Shown piece by piece: positions 20,101 through 33,742 of a stretch of DNA of 64,000 bases. The translations under genes and the position numbers were made by a program. The notes under the pieces were generated by a model. That model was given only the letters and a program-made list of their open reading frames with translations. It had not been told where the DNA came from and did no database searches. This DNA comes from an uncultured Gemmataceae bacterium (GTDB lineage Bacteria > Planctomycetota > Planctomycetia > Gemmatales > Gemmataceae): positions 97,587-161,586 of the forward strand of contig CAWFFC010000026.1 of NCBI GenBank assembly GCA_963815035.1, written 5' to 3'. Position 1 is the first letter of the stretch; each line of letters starts with the position of its first letter.

Positions 20101-23100
20101 CATTGGAGTCGTTGCTCGAAATGGCAAAGCCGATCAGCAGCAGAGCGCCGACGGTGATCGAGCCAGCCGCCGTCACATAATACGGCACGCCGGCCCTCGC
20201 GCCGCGAAAGGCTCCCAGCAACAGCGACACCACGGCGAGCAAGATCGCCGCGCCTGCCAGGGTTGGCACGATGGCGGCCCGTATCCGCGAATTGACGTCG
20301 TCGTAAGGGACCAACGCCAACGCCGCGGCCTGATAATCATGTTCACGCTTCCGAATCTCGGCATCCGTTGCTTGCAATTGCTTGGGAAACTCCGAATCTT
20401 CAGCCGCCGCGAGATTCTCAGTGACCGCGTCCTTCAGCCGCTCTTCCAATTCCTTCATTTTCGGCTGAAACTCGCCTTCGATTTCCTGCTGGCGATGGGC
20501 CAGACTGCTAACCATTCTCTCGCCCGATTGTCCCATCATCACCAGGATGCGTTCGGCGTCTTCGTGGCTGCGTTGCCGGAACTTGTTCGGATCCTGTTCG
20601 GCGAATCGCCGCCAGCCTTGCGTACCGAGAAGCAGATCAAGGGCCAGCGGCGCCTTCGGATGATCGGTCAGCAGGAAGTCGGCGTATTCGAGATGCTCGG
20701 GCTTGCGCACCTCGCCGACAAACATGAAATGCGTCGGCAGCATTCGCGCCGTCTTTTCGTCGGCCATCGTGATGACGGTTTGATTCACCACCGACGCGCC
20801 GACGATGGCCTGCGCCGGCTGGCCCTTCTCGTCAGCCGCCGTGAGCGTGACGGTGGCCTTTTCGCCCGGAGCGTAGCGGCTCTTATCCGGGGTCATGGTG
20901 AATTTGACGGCTTTGCCCGATTTGCGAAACACCAGCCGCTCCGCCACCGGTGCATAAACCTGGCTGGCGGCCGGATTCCGCTGCTCAAAGACGGTGACGC
21001 GAATCACGCCGCCGATGTCGTTGGGCGGTTTCAATTCGACAATCGCGGGTTTGCCGGGCTGCGTCTGCACGCGCTGATGGTCGAGCATGCGTCCGCGGCA
21101 GTAAGCGCCGACATAGAGATTGCGAGCCGGACCGGTCGCAAAAAGTTCGGCGCGGATCGACTGGCCGGCGCTGGTGACGCCGGTCGGCACGCGCAGCACC
21201 ACGCCCTCGCTTTTCACTTCGGGCAGGGGGATCGTTTGGGAAATGCCCGCTGGTTGATCGACCTTGAAAACGTATTTTTCGCCTGCTTTGGGCGTGAATT
21301 CAAACAGACCCAGACCGTGATTGACGCCACGCTCCTTCGCATCATTGAGCGTTTCGACCTTGACGATCTCGCCGCCCTTGGCATCGAGAACGCGCCCTTT
21401 GAGTTCGGCGGGTTTGTCGAGCGGAGTCGTGGCCCGGAAGTAGACGCGGTTGGGCAGTCCGGCGACCAGGTCGCCGCCTTCGGCGAAAAACTTCACGAAC
21501 ATCTTGTTCACGATAATCGGGATCGGCTTTTGAATCGACTCGGTGGCGCCGCCATCGCTAAACGTCACCGTTAGGCTGGCCGACCCTTTGTCAATTTGCT
21601 TGGGCAGGGTGAACCGGACGCTGACCTGGCCCAAGGCGTTCGTTGCGCCATCGGCTCGTGCGGGGATCATTTTGCCATCGACGTTGGCTTCGGCGGCGAC
21701 GACCGGCCGATTCGCCAGCGGGCCTGATTCATTCCAGATCTTGCAATTGGCGACGACTTCCTCACCCGCCCCATAGGTCTTCTTGTGAAAATCCAGTTCC
21801 TTGTTAATCCGGTCGGGCGTGTACTTGTTGACGATGAACTTGCGCTTTTCTTCGGCGAAGCGGTTGTTCAATTCGCGCACGCTGAGCGTATATTCGCCGC
21901 CCGGGAAATCGGGGGCGTCCGGCAGTCGATACGCGCCGGCGCCAATGCCTCGGATGGGCTTGCCGTCCGGGCCGAGAATCGGCTTCGGCGCCTGGCCGGG
22001 GGCCTCTTGCACGCGCGGCTGAGTCGCGCCGGCCATCGAAAAGATCTGTGCCCCCTGCGGATTCGTGATCCGGTATTCGGCGTGGAAATCCTCGGCCGGC
22101 GGCTGCAGCGTGCCGCGATTGAGCGTCAGCGACCGGAAGTAAACTGTTTCGCCCGGCTTGTACATCGGCTTGTCGGTCGTCAACTCGGTGACATAGCGAG
22201 GCGCGGCCCACGACAGCCGCACGTTTTTCAATTCGCTGGGAATTCGGCCTTCCGACGAAGCGCTGACCTCGAGCGACAAATCGGCGTTCGACTTGAACGA
22301 CAGGCTTGGGGGCAAATTGACCTGATACATCCCCTCGCTATGGAAATCATCCTGCCAAACGACGTGATTTTGACCGTCCATGAGTTTAAAGGTAATTCGC
22401 GACGAGACCGTCGAACCATCGGTCACGCGTTTCGTGGTGACGTGGAACGAATTCGGGGCGCCCGGTTGAATCGCCGGCGGGCCGGTCACTTCCAGCAGCA
22501 AGCGATTGTCCCGAATCTGCTTCATGGCCGCCGCCATCGTCTCGTCGTGCTTTTGTTGAAGTTGGCGGATCTGGCCGGCGACGTCCTCGACCTTGGCGCC
22601 GGCGGCCGCCACCTTCGCCTTGTGCTCGGCCAGCAGTTTTTGGTGTTCGTCGGTGGCCCGGCCCAGCTCGACATCCGCGGCGGCAGCCACACTCCGAGCA
22701 TGCACGTATCCCGAAACATGCTTCGCGGTGGGATACGATAGAACGCCGGCGGTCAAGAGGGCGCAGATTGCCGCCGCCCATCGAACAATGGTTCGCATCG
22801 ATCGTTTCGGCGCCTGGGCTGGCGCGGCGGAAATCGGCTGGACTGCAGCCTTTTCGGCGCTGCCGGGCGGTTCGAACCGGACCGTGGGAAACTCGATCCG
22901 CGCGGCCGCGGCGAGCAACTCGCGGGCGCGATCCAGTTCCAGCCGCGCTTCCGGATGCGCCGAAACATACGCCTCGATCTCGGCGACATCCGGCGCATCG
23001 GCCAGTTCGTACAGGTAGTCGAGCAACAGTTCGCGGAAGCGTTCGTGACTGATCATGACCAACTCCAACCCGATTCTTCCATCTTCGTGGTCGACTCGCT

Positions 23101-23116
23101 CCGCAAGTCGCTGCAA
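17146..23116 (-). CDS. Giant ECF anti-sigma-like N-terminus fused to an alpha-2-macroglobulin-like protein (MG domains, thioester GCFEQ, receptor-binding C-terminus), with at least 4 frameshifts; it could also be two adjacent genes
   Basis: ORF 19271..23116: cytoplasmic anti-sigma-like segment, TM, MG2-like domains (YKPGETVYF..), then a ~350-aa hydrophobic/low-complexity insert. ORF 18771..19436: MG domain. ORF 18238..18840: ..REPYGCFEQTSTTNYPN.. thioester. ORF 17273..18733: TED domain. A manually found C-terminal frame ..AKLDLAIDLLADIPGEYRGPASRAYLYYTSDAKQWIEPLSIQIEP.. ends at 17146. Confidence 0.6.
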
Positions 23117-23145
23117 TCAACTCGCGGAGCGAGTTGATTGCAGTA

Positions 23146-23700
23146 TCAAGCCAATACCTTTTTCAATTTCTGCAAGGCCGACCGCATTTGTGTCTTGACG
23201 GTGCCGACCGGGCTCTGGCGAATCTCGGCGATCTGCTCATAGGTCATTCCGCCGTTCTGCCGCAGCAGAAACACTTCTTTCTCTTCTGTCCGCAGGTCGT
23301 GGATGGCCCGCCGCAGGCGCTCGAGATCCTCGCGATTCTCCAGCGCATCGGTGGGGGCCGTTTCGCGAGTGCCCAGCATGGTTTCCTCTCCCATCAGCGG
23401 TTTGACCCGGCGATTCCACGCGGATCGTTGCATGTCTTTGGCCGTGTTCAGTCCGACTCGAAACACCCAGGCGCGCAGGTTCTGAATCTCGGCCACGCCG
23501 TCGCGGTTGCGCCAGCATTTTAGAAACGTATCCTGGGCCGCATCCTGGGCGTCGTCGCGATTGCCCAACAGAAACATGAGCGTGCTGATCAACTCGTCGC
23601 GGAACTCATTGAACGCGCGCACCAGGGTCTGCTCCGGAGTTAGCACTCCATCACAGACCGCGTCCGGTTTGACCGTCGGGATCGCGCCGAGCTTGTTCAT
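23146..23700 (-). CDS. ECF-type RNA polymerase sigma factor (sigma-70 regions 2 and 4)
   Basis: ..LVRAFNEFRDELISTLMFLLGNRDDAQDAAQDTFLKCW.. (region 2) and ..EKEVFLLRQNGGMTYEQIAEIRQSPVGTVKTQMRSALQKLK.. (region 4). Lies 29 bp upstream of the anti-sigma/A2M gene. Confidence 0.8.
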   Translation of the reverse strand: MNKLGAIPTVKPDAVCDGVLTPEQTLVRAFNEFRDELISTLMFLLGNRDDAQDAAQDTFLKCWRNRDGVAEIQNLRAWVFRVGLNTAKDMQRSAWNRRVKPLMGEETMLGTRETAPTDALENREDLERLRRAIHDLRTEEKEVFLLRQNGGMTYEQIAEIRQSPVGTVKTQMRSALQKLKKVLA

Positions 23701-23906
23701 GGCTCCAACCTTACGACGAGGACCCCCCGCGGGCCGATTGTCGATTTCGAAAAATTCCTTGGCGTTTTGGGCAAAGCGCATGCTAACCGCCGCGAGGGGG
23801 ATGGACAAGAGATTTGAGAACGAGAGTTACGGACGACGAAACCTTGTGAAGCGCGCCGCGAGGCTACGATATTTAACGTCCTGCATATTTCCCATGAGAC
23901 GAACCA

Positions 23907-24220
23907 TGAGCGAATCGAGCCAGATGGCCGAGGTATTGAGATCGTGCACGCGGAAGCAAAAAGAAGAATTGTTTGCCGCCGTCGCCCGCGAATTCTTGAG
24001 CGACGCCGATTCGCCTGTCGTGTCGCTTCGCGACGAGACCAATCAAACCGTCGCCTATCTCTTGCCAGCATGGAACTCGGCACATGAGTATGGCGCCGAC
24101 TATTCGCCTTCGTTCTTCCTGGAATTGGCTCGCCGGGCCGCTACGGCTTCGAACTCAATGTCTTGGCCAGAGTTTCAAGCTCTTCTCGACTCGGACGACG
24201 CGGCTGCACCAACAAGATGA
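23907..24220 (+). CDS. Small hypothetical protein (~104 aa)
   Basis: ATG at 23907 inside ORF 23507..24220; the preceding part of that ORF is antisense to the sigma factor gene. Confidence 0.4.
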
Positions 24221-24667
24221 TTATCTCGCAACTCCCCAGACCGATCCAGTGAAGCGCTCGCCAGCCAGGTTGACGCACCGTGTAGATCAGAAACATTCCC
24301 GCGGTAGGCGATTCCCAAACGAATAACGGCGGTCGCCAATTCTTAACCGGCTCAGCATTCGCCGGCCTTCCTTCGCTAGCTCGCAACTCTTTTCGGCAAT
24401 TTCGAAGTACTGAGCGGCGTGTCGTCTGCGCTCGTGAGGATCGGCCGACAATCCTCTGCGCCAGGACGCGAATGCGTCCCGCGCACCGACATGCACTTTG
24501 ACGTCGACTTTCATTCCTTGCCCCCAGGTCGTCCTGCCGAGTGGCAATGACTCTATCTGCGATCGACGCTTCGAGCAAGTAGTAAGCGGTCCGTGGCAGC
24601 CGGATTGCTACAATGCCAAAAAGCGGATTGCCAAGATCATCCGGCCCCATTTTCCCTTGAACCAGGG

Positions 24668-25550
24668 ATGGAAATGCGGACCCGCAGAAACCAGGTGCTC
24701 GCCAAACCCGCCGACACGAATGTGCCCGCCGATACGGGTCCGTGGGAAGAGGCGCTGGGACCAACTTTCGGATAAGGCTCGCGGCGAGTACCTGCGGGTT
24801 GCGCCGCAATTGCTGCCGGGTTTCCAGTACTTTTACTTCTCCGGCCCGAGGATCAACGAGCGGCTGCTCGCGGAACTTCAATCCGCCGGACTCATCGAAC
24901 CGCGCACGGCATTGAAGGGAGGCGCCGCCTACGCCATTCCAGGCGAAGCCGTGCCTTTTGCCCAGAAAATCAGTTCCTTGAGATATCAGCACCCATTGAC
25001 ACTCGAATCCAATTCCTTGTCCGAGTTTCTCACGATCGACGTCCAGATGTCGCGACAGCGGTACCGAGCGCTGGTCGAATTGGCGAGGAAATCATCGTTC
25101 AAGGCGCGGACGACCGAATTGCTGCTCACACAATTGATTCCCAATCCCCGCTGGCATGAACTGGTGCTCGACGACTTGCAGCGCCACCCCGTCGCCGTGC
25201 GACTGATTGAAATGTTCCGCGAGCGCCAGGCGCCGATGCACAAAGCCGAGGTTCCAGGCCACCTCCGCGAATGGCCGGCCAGTATGGTGCGCACCGTGCT
25301 CGACGGTCTCATATACCGGCTGGTGCTCGTTGAAGAATTATCAAAGCAGTCGCGTCGCCTAGTCGTCGGCATGCCCAAGGCCGCGCGCGATCAATGGGGA
25401 AAATTCAAGGCCTGGCCCGCCGAGCGGCCTGCCATGTCGGCCGCGCCCCATCCCGCACAGGTTGGTCCGGCCAATGGCTTCCTGGTCGCCGATCTTCGGG
25501 CCACGTTGATCGAATTGTTGCGGCTTCCGGCGCCTGAAGGCGAACAATGA
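24668..25550 (+). CDS. Hypothetical protein, one frameshift near 24770; possibly the N-terminal part of a single ~700-aa protein that continues into the 25609 ORF
   Basis: MEMRTRRNQVLAKP.. continues in the frame of ORF 24498..25550 (..GEYLRVAPQLLPGFQYFYFSGPRINERLLAELQ..). Confidence 0.4.
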
Positions 25551-25608
25551 TGTTTACGTCAAGGAAATCCCTCGCTTTGCTTCGGTACTAACGCCGCTGC
25601 CCGACTGG

Positions 25609-26781
25609 TTGACCGGCCAAGAGCATTCCGACTCGACCGGGCGAGCATTGACTGCGCTCACGCGTCTGTTCAGTCTTGAATTCGCCGAAGGTCGCGATCG
25701 CGATGGCGTCACCGAAATGCAGGTGACCCGCGCCGGCCAGGATTGGCTCGGCAAGCCGACGGAAGAGCAATACGCGGTTATCGCCAGGTTCTTTAGCGAC
25801 TCGAGTGTGCGGTCCAGTCGTTATTATCCATTGCACGGCGACAACGATTTCATGGTCAGCAGCGTGATCTCAGTCCCGGTCAACGACCGCAGGAAGCCGC
25901 CCAACTTTTGGAACCTGAAGCCCGAGGACATCAAGCCCATGCGGCAGGCGTTCGCGCGCTGCTTCGATGAGTTGCCGATCGGCGAGTTCTATCCGCTCGC
26001 CGATTTCGTCGCTCATGCGTGCCACGGAACCAACAATCCCCTGCGCCTCGGCCGCGACGACGGCGAGTATGAAGTGGTGTCGGACGATCGGCCCGTCTCG
26101 CCATTTCCGGAAGTGCTCGATCCGTTGGCCGCGAATGCCCTCAAGAAACTGATCCTGGAACGGCTCATACCGTTCGGCGGCGTGCAGGGCGGCTGGGACG
26201 GCCGCCGACTTTTAATTGCGCGCCAGCCGCTGTGCGACCTGTATTTCGGCCGCCCGTCGGCGAAGCCGCGATTGATCACGGCCGCCGATGCCGGTAAAGT
26301 CGTCGTGCAACCCGATTTCTCCATCTTGATCATCGGCGAGAACCCGGCGTCCGCGGCTGAATTGGCCCCGTTTTGCGAGCGCAAACCGGGTTCTGCCAGC
26401 CACGGTACGCTGCACTTCGTCCTGACCAAGTCGTCGGTCGTGCGCGCGGCCATGGCCGGCATTTCCGCCCGGGAGATCCTGGCCCGATTGGAACGCCATT
26501 CGAGCGTGCCGATTCCGGGAAATGTCCGGCACGAGATCGGCGAATGGGCCGGGACGGTTTGCCACGTCAACGTCGAGCTCCGCATCCTGATTCGCTGCCC
26601 GGACGCCTCGGCCGCCGTGCGCGTCGCCGGGCTGTTGGGGAAAGACGCCGAGCGAATCGGCGGAACGGCGGTCGCTGTTCCGATCGGAAGTTGGACCGCG
26701 AATGCGAAGAGAAAACTTCGCGAGGCCGGCATCGTTCTTCCGCCGGACCCCGTTCCGCAGCAGCGCCGATATCGATATTGA
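25609..26781 (+). CDS. Hypothetical protein; its C-terminal region resembles the XPB/Ssl2 N-terminal 'helicase-associated' domain (weak, from memory)
   Basis: ..HFVLTKSSVVRAAMAGISAREILARLERHSSVPIPGNVRHEIGEWAG..; the upstream in-frame sequence reads on without a stop toward the 24668 gene. Confidence 0.45.
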   Translation: MTGQEHSDSTGRALTALTRLFSLEFAEGRDRDGVTEMQVTRAGQDWLGKPTEEQYAVIARFFSDSSVRSSRYYPLHGDNDFMVSSVISVPVNDRRKPPNFWNLKPEDIKPMRQAFARCFDELPIGEFYPLADFVAHACHGTNNPLRLGRDDGEYEVVSDDRPVSPFPEVLDPLAANALKKLILERLIPFGGVQGGWDGRRLLIARQPLCDLYFGRPSAKPRLITAADAGKVVVQPDFSILIIGENPASAAELAPFCERKPGSASHGTLHFVLTKSSVVRAAMAGISAREILARLERHSSVPIPGNVRHEIGEWAGTVCHVNVELRILIRCPDASAAVRVAGLLGKDAERIGGTAVAVPIGSWTANAKRKLREAGIVLPPDPVPQQRRYRY

Positions 26782-26842
26782 TTTGCCGCCGCCTATTTGC
26801 CGGTAAATTGAATTGATCCAGTTCGCCTTGAGGAAACCGCTA

Positions 26843-30239
<3,397 letters not shown>

Positions 30240-30248
30240 TTCAGTTTG

Positions 30249-30296
30249 TTTACGTTTTGCGCTCGCTTGGCGCATTCGAGCGCGAAACGTAAACAG
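30249..30296. terminator. 18-bp-stem hairpin just after ileS
   Basis: GTTTACGTTTTGCGCTCG..CGAGCGCGAAACGTAAAC. Confidence 0.45.
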
Positions 30297-30343
30297 CGCT
30301 GATTTGCTTGAAACTCTCAGCGAAATAGTCGAAACTACTCTTC

Positions 30344-33300
30344 ATGCATCGTGAATTGTCAAACGTCGATGAGGCGCTCGCCCCGCCGCGGACCGCCGGG
30401 CTCTATCTCGTCACCGGGATTCTGGTGGCGCTGGTTGCCCGCGATCTCTGGCCCGACATCGCCAATTGGCTCAATTCGTTTGGTCTCGATCTGCCCATCT
30501 ACTCCAACGTAGCGTTTCGCCTGACCTGGAAATGGCTCGGGGCCGATTTCAGCGTTCGTTACGCGCTCATCGCCGCGGCGATCGGCTTCGTGCGCATCGC
30601 CGTCGGCTCGACCGACAACCTGCTCGAGGGCAAGGTCGGCGCCGATGTCGCCATCGCGATCGCCTGCCTGGCCGCGATCCTGATCAATGAGCCGCTGGTC
30701 GCGGCCGAGGTCGTCGTCATCGGTCTTATTGGCGAATGCCTCGAAAGTTTCACCTTCAATCGAACCCAATCGGCGATTCGCAAACTCGCCGAACTGTTTC
30801 CAATTCGCTGCTGGGTGTTGCGCGATGGGCAGGAAGCCCGCGTGCTGGTGCAGGAGGTTCAGGTCGGCGATCGGGTCGTGGTCAAGCCCGGGGCGAAAGT
30901 GCCGGTCGATGGCGTCGTCCGCGAGGGGCAGTCGGCGGTGGACGCCAGCGCGCTCACCGGCGAAAGCCTGCCGGTCGACAAGAAACCGGGCGACGAGGTG
31001 CTCGCCGGCAGCGTCAATCAATTCGGCGCGCTCACCATCGAGGCGACGCGGGTTCGCGAACAGACCGTCGCCGGCCGCGTCATGGAACTGACCGCGCAGG
31101 CGCTCAAGGAAAAGGCCCCCATCGAGCGGCAAGCCGACCAATGGGCCCGCTGTTTCCTGCCCGTGGTGCTAGGCCTCGCCGCGATCACGTTCGTCGCCAA
31201 CGTGCTTTGGTACATCGGCCCGCTTCGCGCGGTTGATATGCGGCTGAGCCTGGGCGCGGCGGCGCGGGTGAGTGTTTATCCGACGCTCGCGGTGCTGGTC
31301 GTGGCCTGCCCTTGCGCGCTGATTCTCGCCACGCCCGCGGCGGTCATCGCGGCGCTGGGCCGCCTGGCCGGCACCGGCGTGCTGCTCAAAAGCGGCGCCG
31401 CGCTCGAACGTCTCGCCGCGGTGAAGGCGTTCGCCTTCGACAAGACCGGCACTCTTACCGAGGGCAAACTGGAACTGGGTGACATTCTTACCCTGAATCC
31501 ATCGATTTCCGCCGACGAGTTGCTGCGCCTCGCCGCCAGTGCCGAGCAATCGAGCGAGCATCCGATCGCTCAAGTGATTTTGAGCGCGGCCCGGACGCGA
31601 AATCTGAACCTCGACCCGATCGAAGAATTCGTCGCCAAGCCGGGCGCGGGCGTTCAAGCACGATCAGCCGGAAAATCACTCTTCGTGGGCACGAGGCGAC
31701 TGCTCGAAGAGCAGGGGATTGCCGTTTCGCCCGAAGCCGCTGAACTTTTAAATCGACTCGAGAACGACGGTCAGACGCCGTTGCTCGTCGCCAGCGACGG
31801 AAAAATCCTCGGTGCGATCGGCGCCCGCGATCGGCTCCGCCCGGAAGCCTACGGCGTGCTGAGCGAACTTCGTGAAATCGGCATCGCCGATTTCATGCTG
31901 CTCACCGGCGACCGCGCCGCCGTCGCCAATAAGATCGCCTCCGAACTTGGTATTGGCCGAGTTCACGCTGAACTTCTCCCAGCGGAAAAAGCTCAATTCC
32001 TCGAAGGCCGAGTGCCGACAGCCTTCGTCGGCGACGGCATCAACGATGCCCCGGCCCTCGCCCGCGCGTCGGTGGGGCTGGCGATCGGCGCCGGCTCGGA
32101 CATCGCCGCCGAGGCCGGCGACATCGTGCTCATGGGCGATCCCTTGCGGCCGATGCCGCTCTTGGTTCGGTTGTCACGGCGAACCGTCGAAATCATTCGC
32201 CAAAACATTCTCGTGTTCGCGTTTGGCGTCAACCTCGTCGGCATCGCACTCACCGGCTGGGTATGGCCGCTGCTTTCCAAGTCGCCCGGCTGGATCGAAA
32301 AGGCCCCGCTCGCCGGCGTGATCTATCACCAGATCGGCTCGCTGCTGGTGCTCTTGAACTCGATGCGGCTGCTGACCTTTGAACGTGCCGCGATGAAAAA
32401 GTCGTCGCATCGAATGAAAAGCCTGCTGATCATGACCGACCGCTGGATCGACAAGCTCACGAATACGGATGAGCTACTGCACGATTTGGCCCATCGCTGG
32501 AAGCCGATCGCGGCGATCGTCGCGGCAATCGGGCTCATTGTCTACGCCCTCAGCGGCGTAGCCTCCGTCGGACCCGACGAGGTGGCGGTAGTGCGGCAGT
32601 TTGGCCGGCCGCTTGAAAACGACCTGGAGCCCGGTTTGCATTGGCGCTGGCCCTACCCGGTCGAGGAGGTTATTCGCATCAAACCCGCCCAGGTGCGAAC
32701 GGTCGAAGTCGGCTATCGAATCGTCCGCGAACCGTCGCTAAAGCCGGGTGAAAAGAGCACGGCGTCAACTTGGCTCAGTCAGCACGAAGGCGAGGGCGTG
32801 CTGCGACTCGCCGAGGAAGCCCAGATGCCGACCGGCGACGGCAATCTCATCGAAATTCAGGCGACGCTGCAATTCCGCGTCCGCCAGCCGCGGCGGTATC
32901 TGCTGGAGGTAAAGGATCCCGACGAAATCCTGCGCTCGTCCCTCGAGGCGGTGTTGCGCGAATCAGCCGCCGGCGAGAACTTCCTGGATCTGCTCACCCA
33001 CCGACGCGCCGATTTTCAACGCGAGGCGTTTGTGCGCTTGAAAGCGCGGTTGGAGTCGCTGGGCGATTCGAATTTGGGCGTGACGCTCGAAGGCCTGTCG
33101 CTGCGCGATTTGCATCCACCGCCTGACGTCGTCGATTCCTTTCACAAGGTCGCGCGGATGGCCGAAGAACACGACCAGCGGATCAAGGATGCCGAGGCCG
33201 ACGCGTTGCGGATGCGCCGGGCCGCCGAGGCTGAGTCGACCAAAACGGTGGACGATGCTCAGGCCGCCGCGAACAAAACCATCACCACGGCGGAAACCGA

Positions 33301-33658
33301 GCGCGGCGCCTTTCTCGCCTGGCACAAAGTGCGCAACGAACTCAGCCCCGCCGTCGAATCGCGGCTGAGGGCGGAGACTCAAAGGCGGATCGCGATGGGC
33401 GTCGATTCGACCAGCGCCATGCTCGACCTGCAGCGCCGGCGACGCGAGCAACTGGAATTGCAGAAGTTCCTGATCGATTTTCGCCTGACCTGGGATGCGC
33501 TGGCCCAGACCTTGAGCCAACGCGACAAAGTGTTCATTGATGCGGACAAACTGCCGGGCCGCCGCACGCTGATGCTCTTCGGCCCGGATCAACTCACGCC
33601 GCCGCCGATCATCCTGCCAAATCGCGGCCCGATCCCGCGCTCGGATGAAGAGCGATGA
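30344..33658 (+). CDS. P1B-type (heavy-metal) P-type ATPase without an N-terminal HMA domain, fused to a C-terminal TM anchor plus SPFH/band-7 (HflK/HflC-like) domain
   Basis: Intact 1104-aa ORF. CPC TM6 motif (VVACPCALILATPAA), DKTGTLTEG, SEHPIA, GDGINDAPAL. After ~residue 740: ..VAVVRQFGRPLENDLEPGLHWRWPYPVEEVIRIKPAQVRTVEVGYRI.. band-7 core, followed by a coiled-coil tail. Confidence 0.85.
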   Translation: MHRELSNVDEALAPPRTAGLYLVTGILVALVARDLWPDIANWLNSFGLDLPIYSNVAFRLTWKWLGADFSVRYALIAAAIGFVRIAVGSTDNLLEGKVGADVAIAIACLAAILINEPLVAAEVVVIGLIGECLESFTFNRTQSAIRKLAELFPIRCWVLRDGQEARVLVQEVQVGDRVVVKPGAKVPVDGVVREGQSAVDASALTGESLPVDKKPGDEVLAGSVNQFGALTIEATRVREQTVAGRVMELTAQALKEKAPIERQADQWARCFLPVVLGLAAITFVANVLWYIGPLRAVDMRLSLGAAARVSVYPTLAVLVVACPCALILATPAAVIAALGRLAGTGVLLKSGAALERLAAVKAFAFDKTGTLTEGKLELGDILTLNPSISADELLRLAASAEQSSEHPIAQVILSAARTRNLNLDPIEEFVAKPGAGVQARSAGKSLFVGTRRLLEEQGIAVSPEAAELLNRLENDGQTPLLVASDGKILGAIGARDRLRPEAYGVLSELREIGIADFMLLTGDRAAVANKIASELGIGRVHAELLPAEKAQFLEGRVPTAFVGDGINDAPALARASVGLAIGAGSDIAAEAGDIVLMGDPLRPMPLLVRLSRRTVEIIRQNILVFAFGVNLVGIALTGWVWPLLSKSPGWIEKAPLAGVIYHQIGSLLVLLNSMRLLTFERAAMKKSSHRMKSLLIMTDRWIDKLTNTDELLHDLAHRWKPIAAIVAAIGLIVYALSGVASVGPDEVAVVRQFGRPLENDLEPGLHWRWPYPVEEVIRIKPAQVRTVEVGYRIVREPSLKPGEKSTASTWLSQHEGEGVLRLAEEAQMPTGDGNLIEIQATLQFRVRQPRRYLLEVKDPDEILRSSLEAVLRESAAGENFLDLLTHRRADFQREAFVRLKARLESLGDSNLGVTLEGLSLRDLHPPPDVVDSFHKVARMAEEHDQRIKDAEADALRMRRAAEAESTKTVDDAQAAANKTITTAETERGAFLAWHKVRNELSPAVESRLRAETQRRIAMGVDSTSAMLDLQRRRREQLELQKFLIDFRLTWDALAQTLSQRDKVFIDADKLPGRRTLMLFGPDQLTPPPIILPNRGPIPRSDEER

Positions 33659-33670
33659 CTCGCGAAGACC

Positions 33671-33730
33671 ATGGGGACAAGCCCCGTGGCTCGTAAACTC
33701 TTGATTTGCGAGCCACGGGGCTTGTCCCCG
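33671..33730. terminator. Bidirectional perfect hairpin (21-bp stem) between two convergent genes
   Basis: GGGGACAAGCCCCGTGGCTCG-taaactcttgatttg-CGAGCCACGGGGCTTGTCCCC. Confidence 0.55.
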
Positions 33731-33742
33731 TGGAACTCATTC

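Noticed and set aside
19382-23137. Numerous 60-400-aa ORFs on both strands overlapping the A2M-like gene (e.g. 20339..21574, 21785..22741, 22386..23120)
   Set aside because: Shadow ORFs typical of high-GC DNA, without domain signatures, whereas the minus-strand frame carries MG and thioester motifs.
24141-24992. 283-aa minus-strand ORF
   Set aside because: Antisense to the 24668 gene, R-rich, and no recognisable features.
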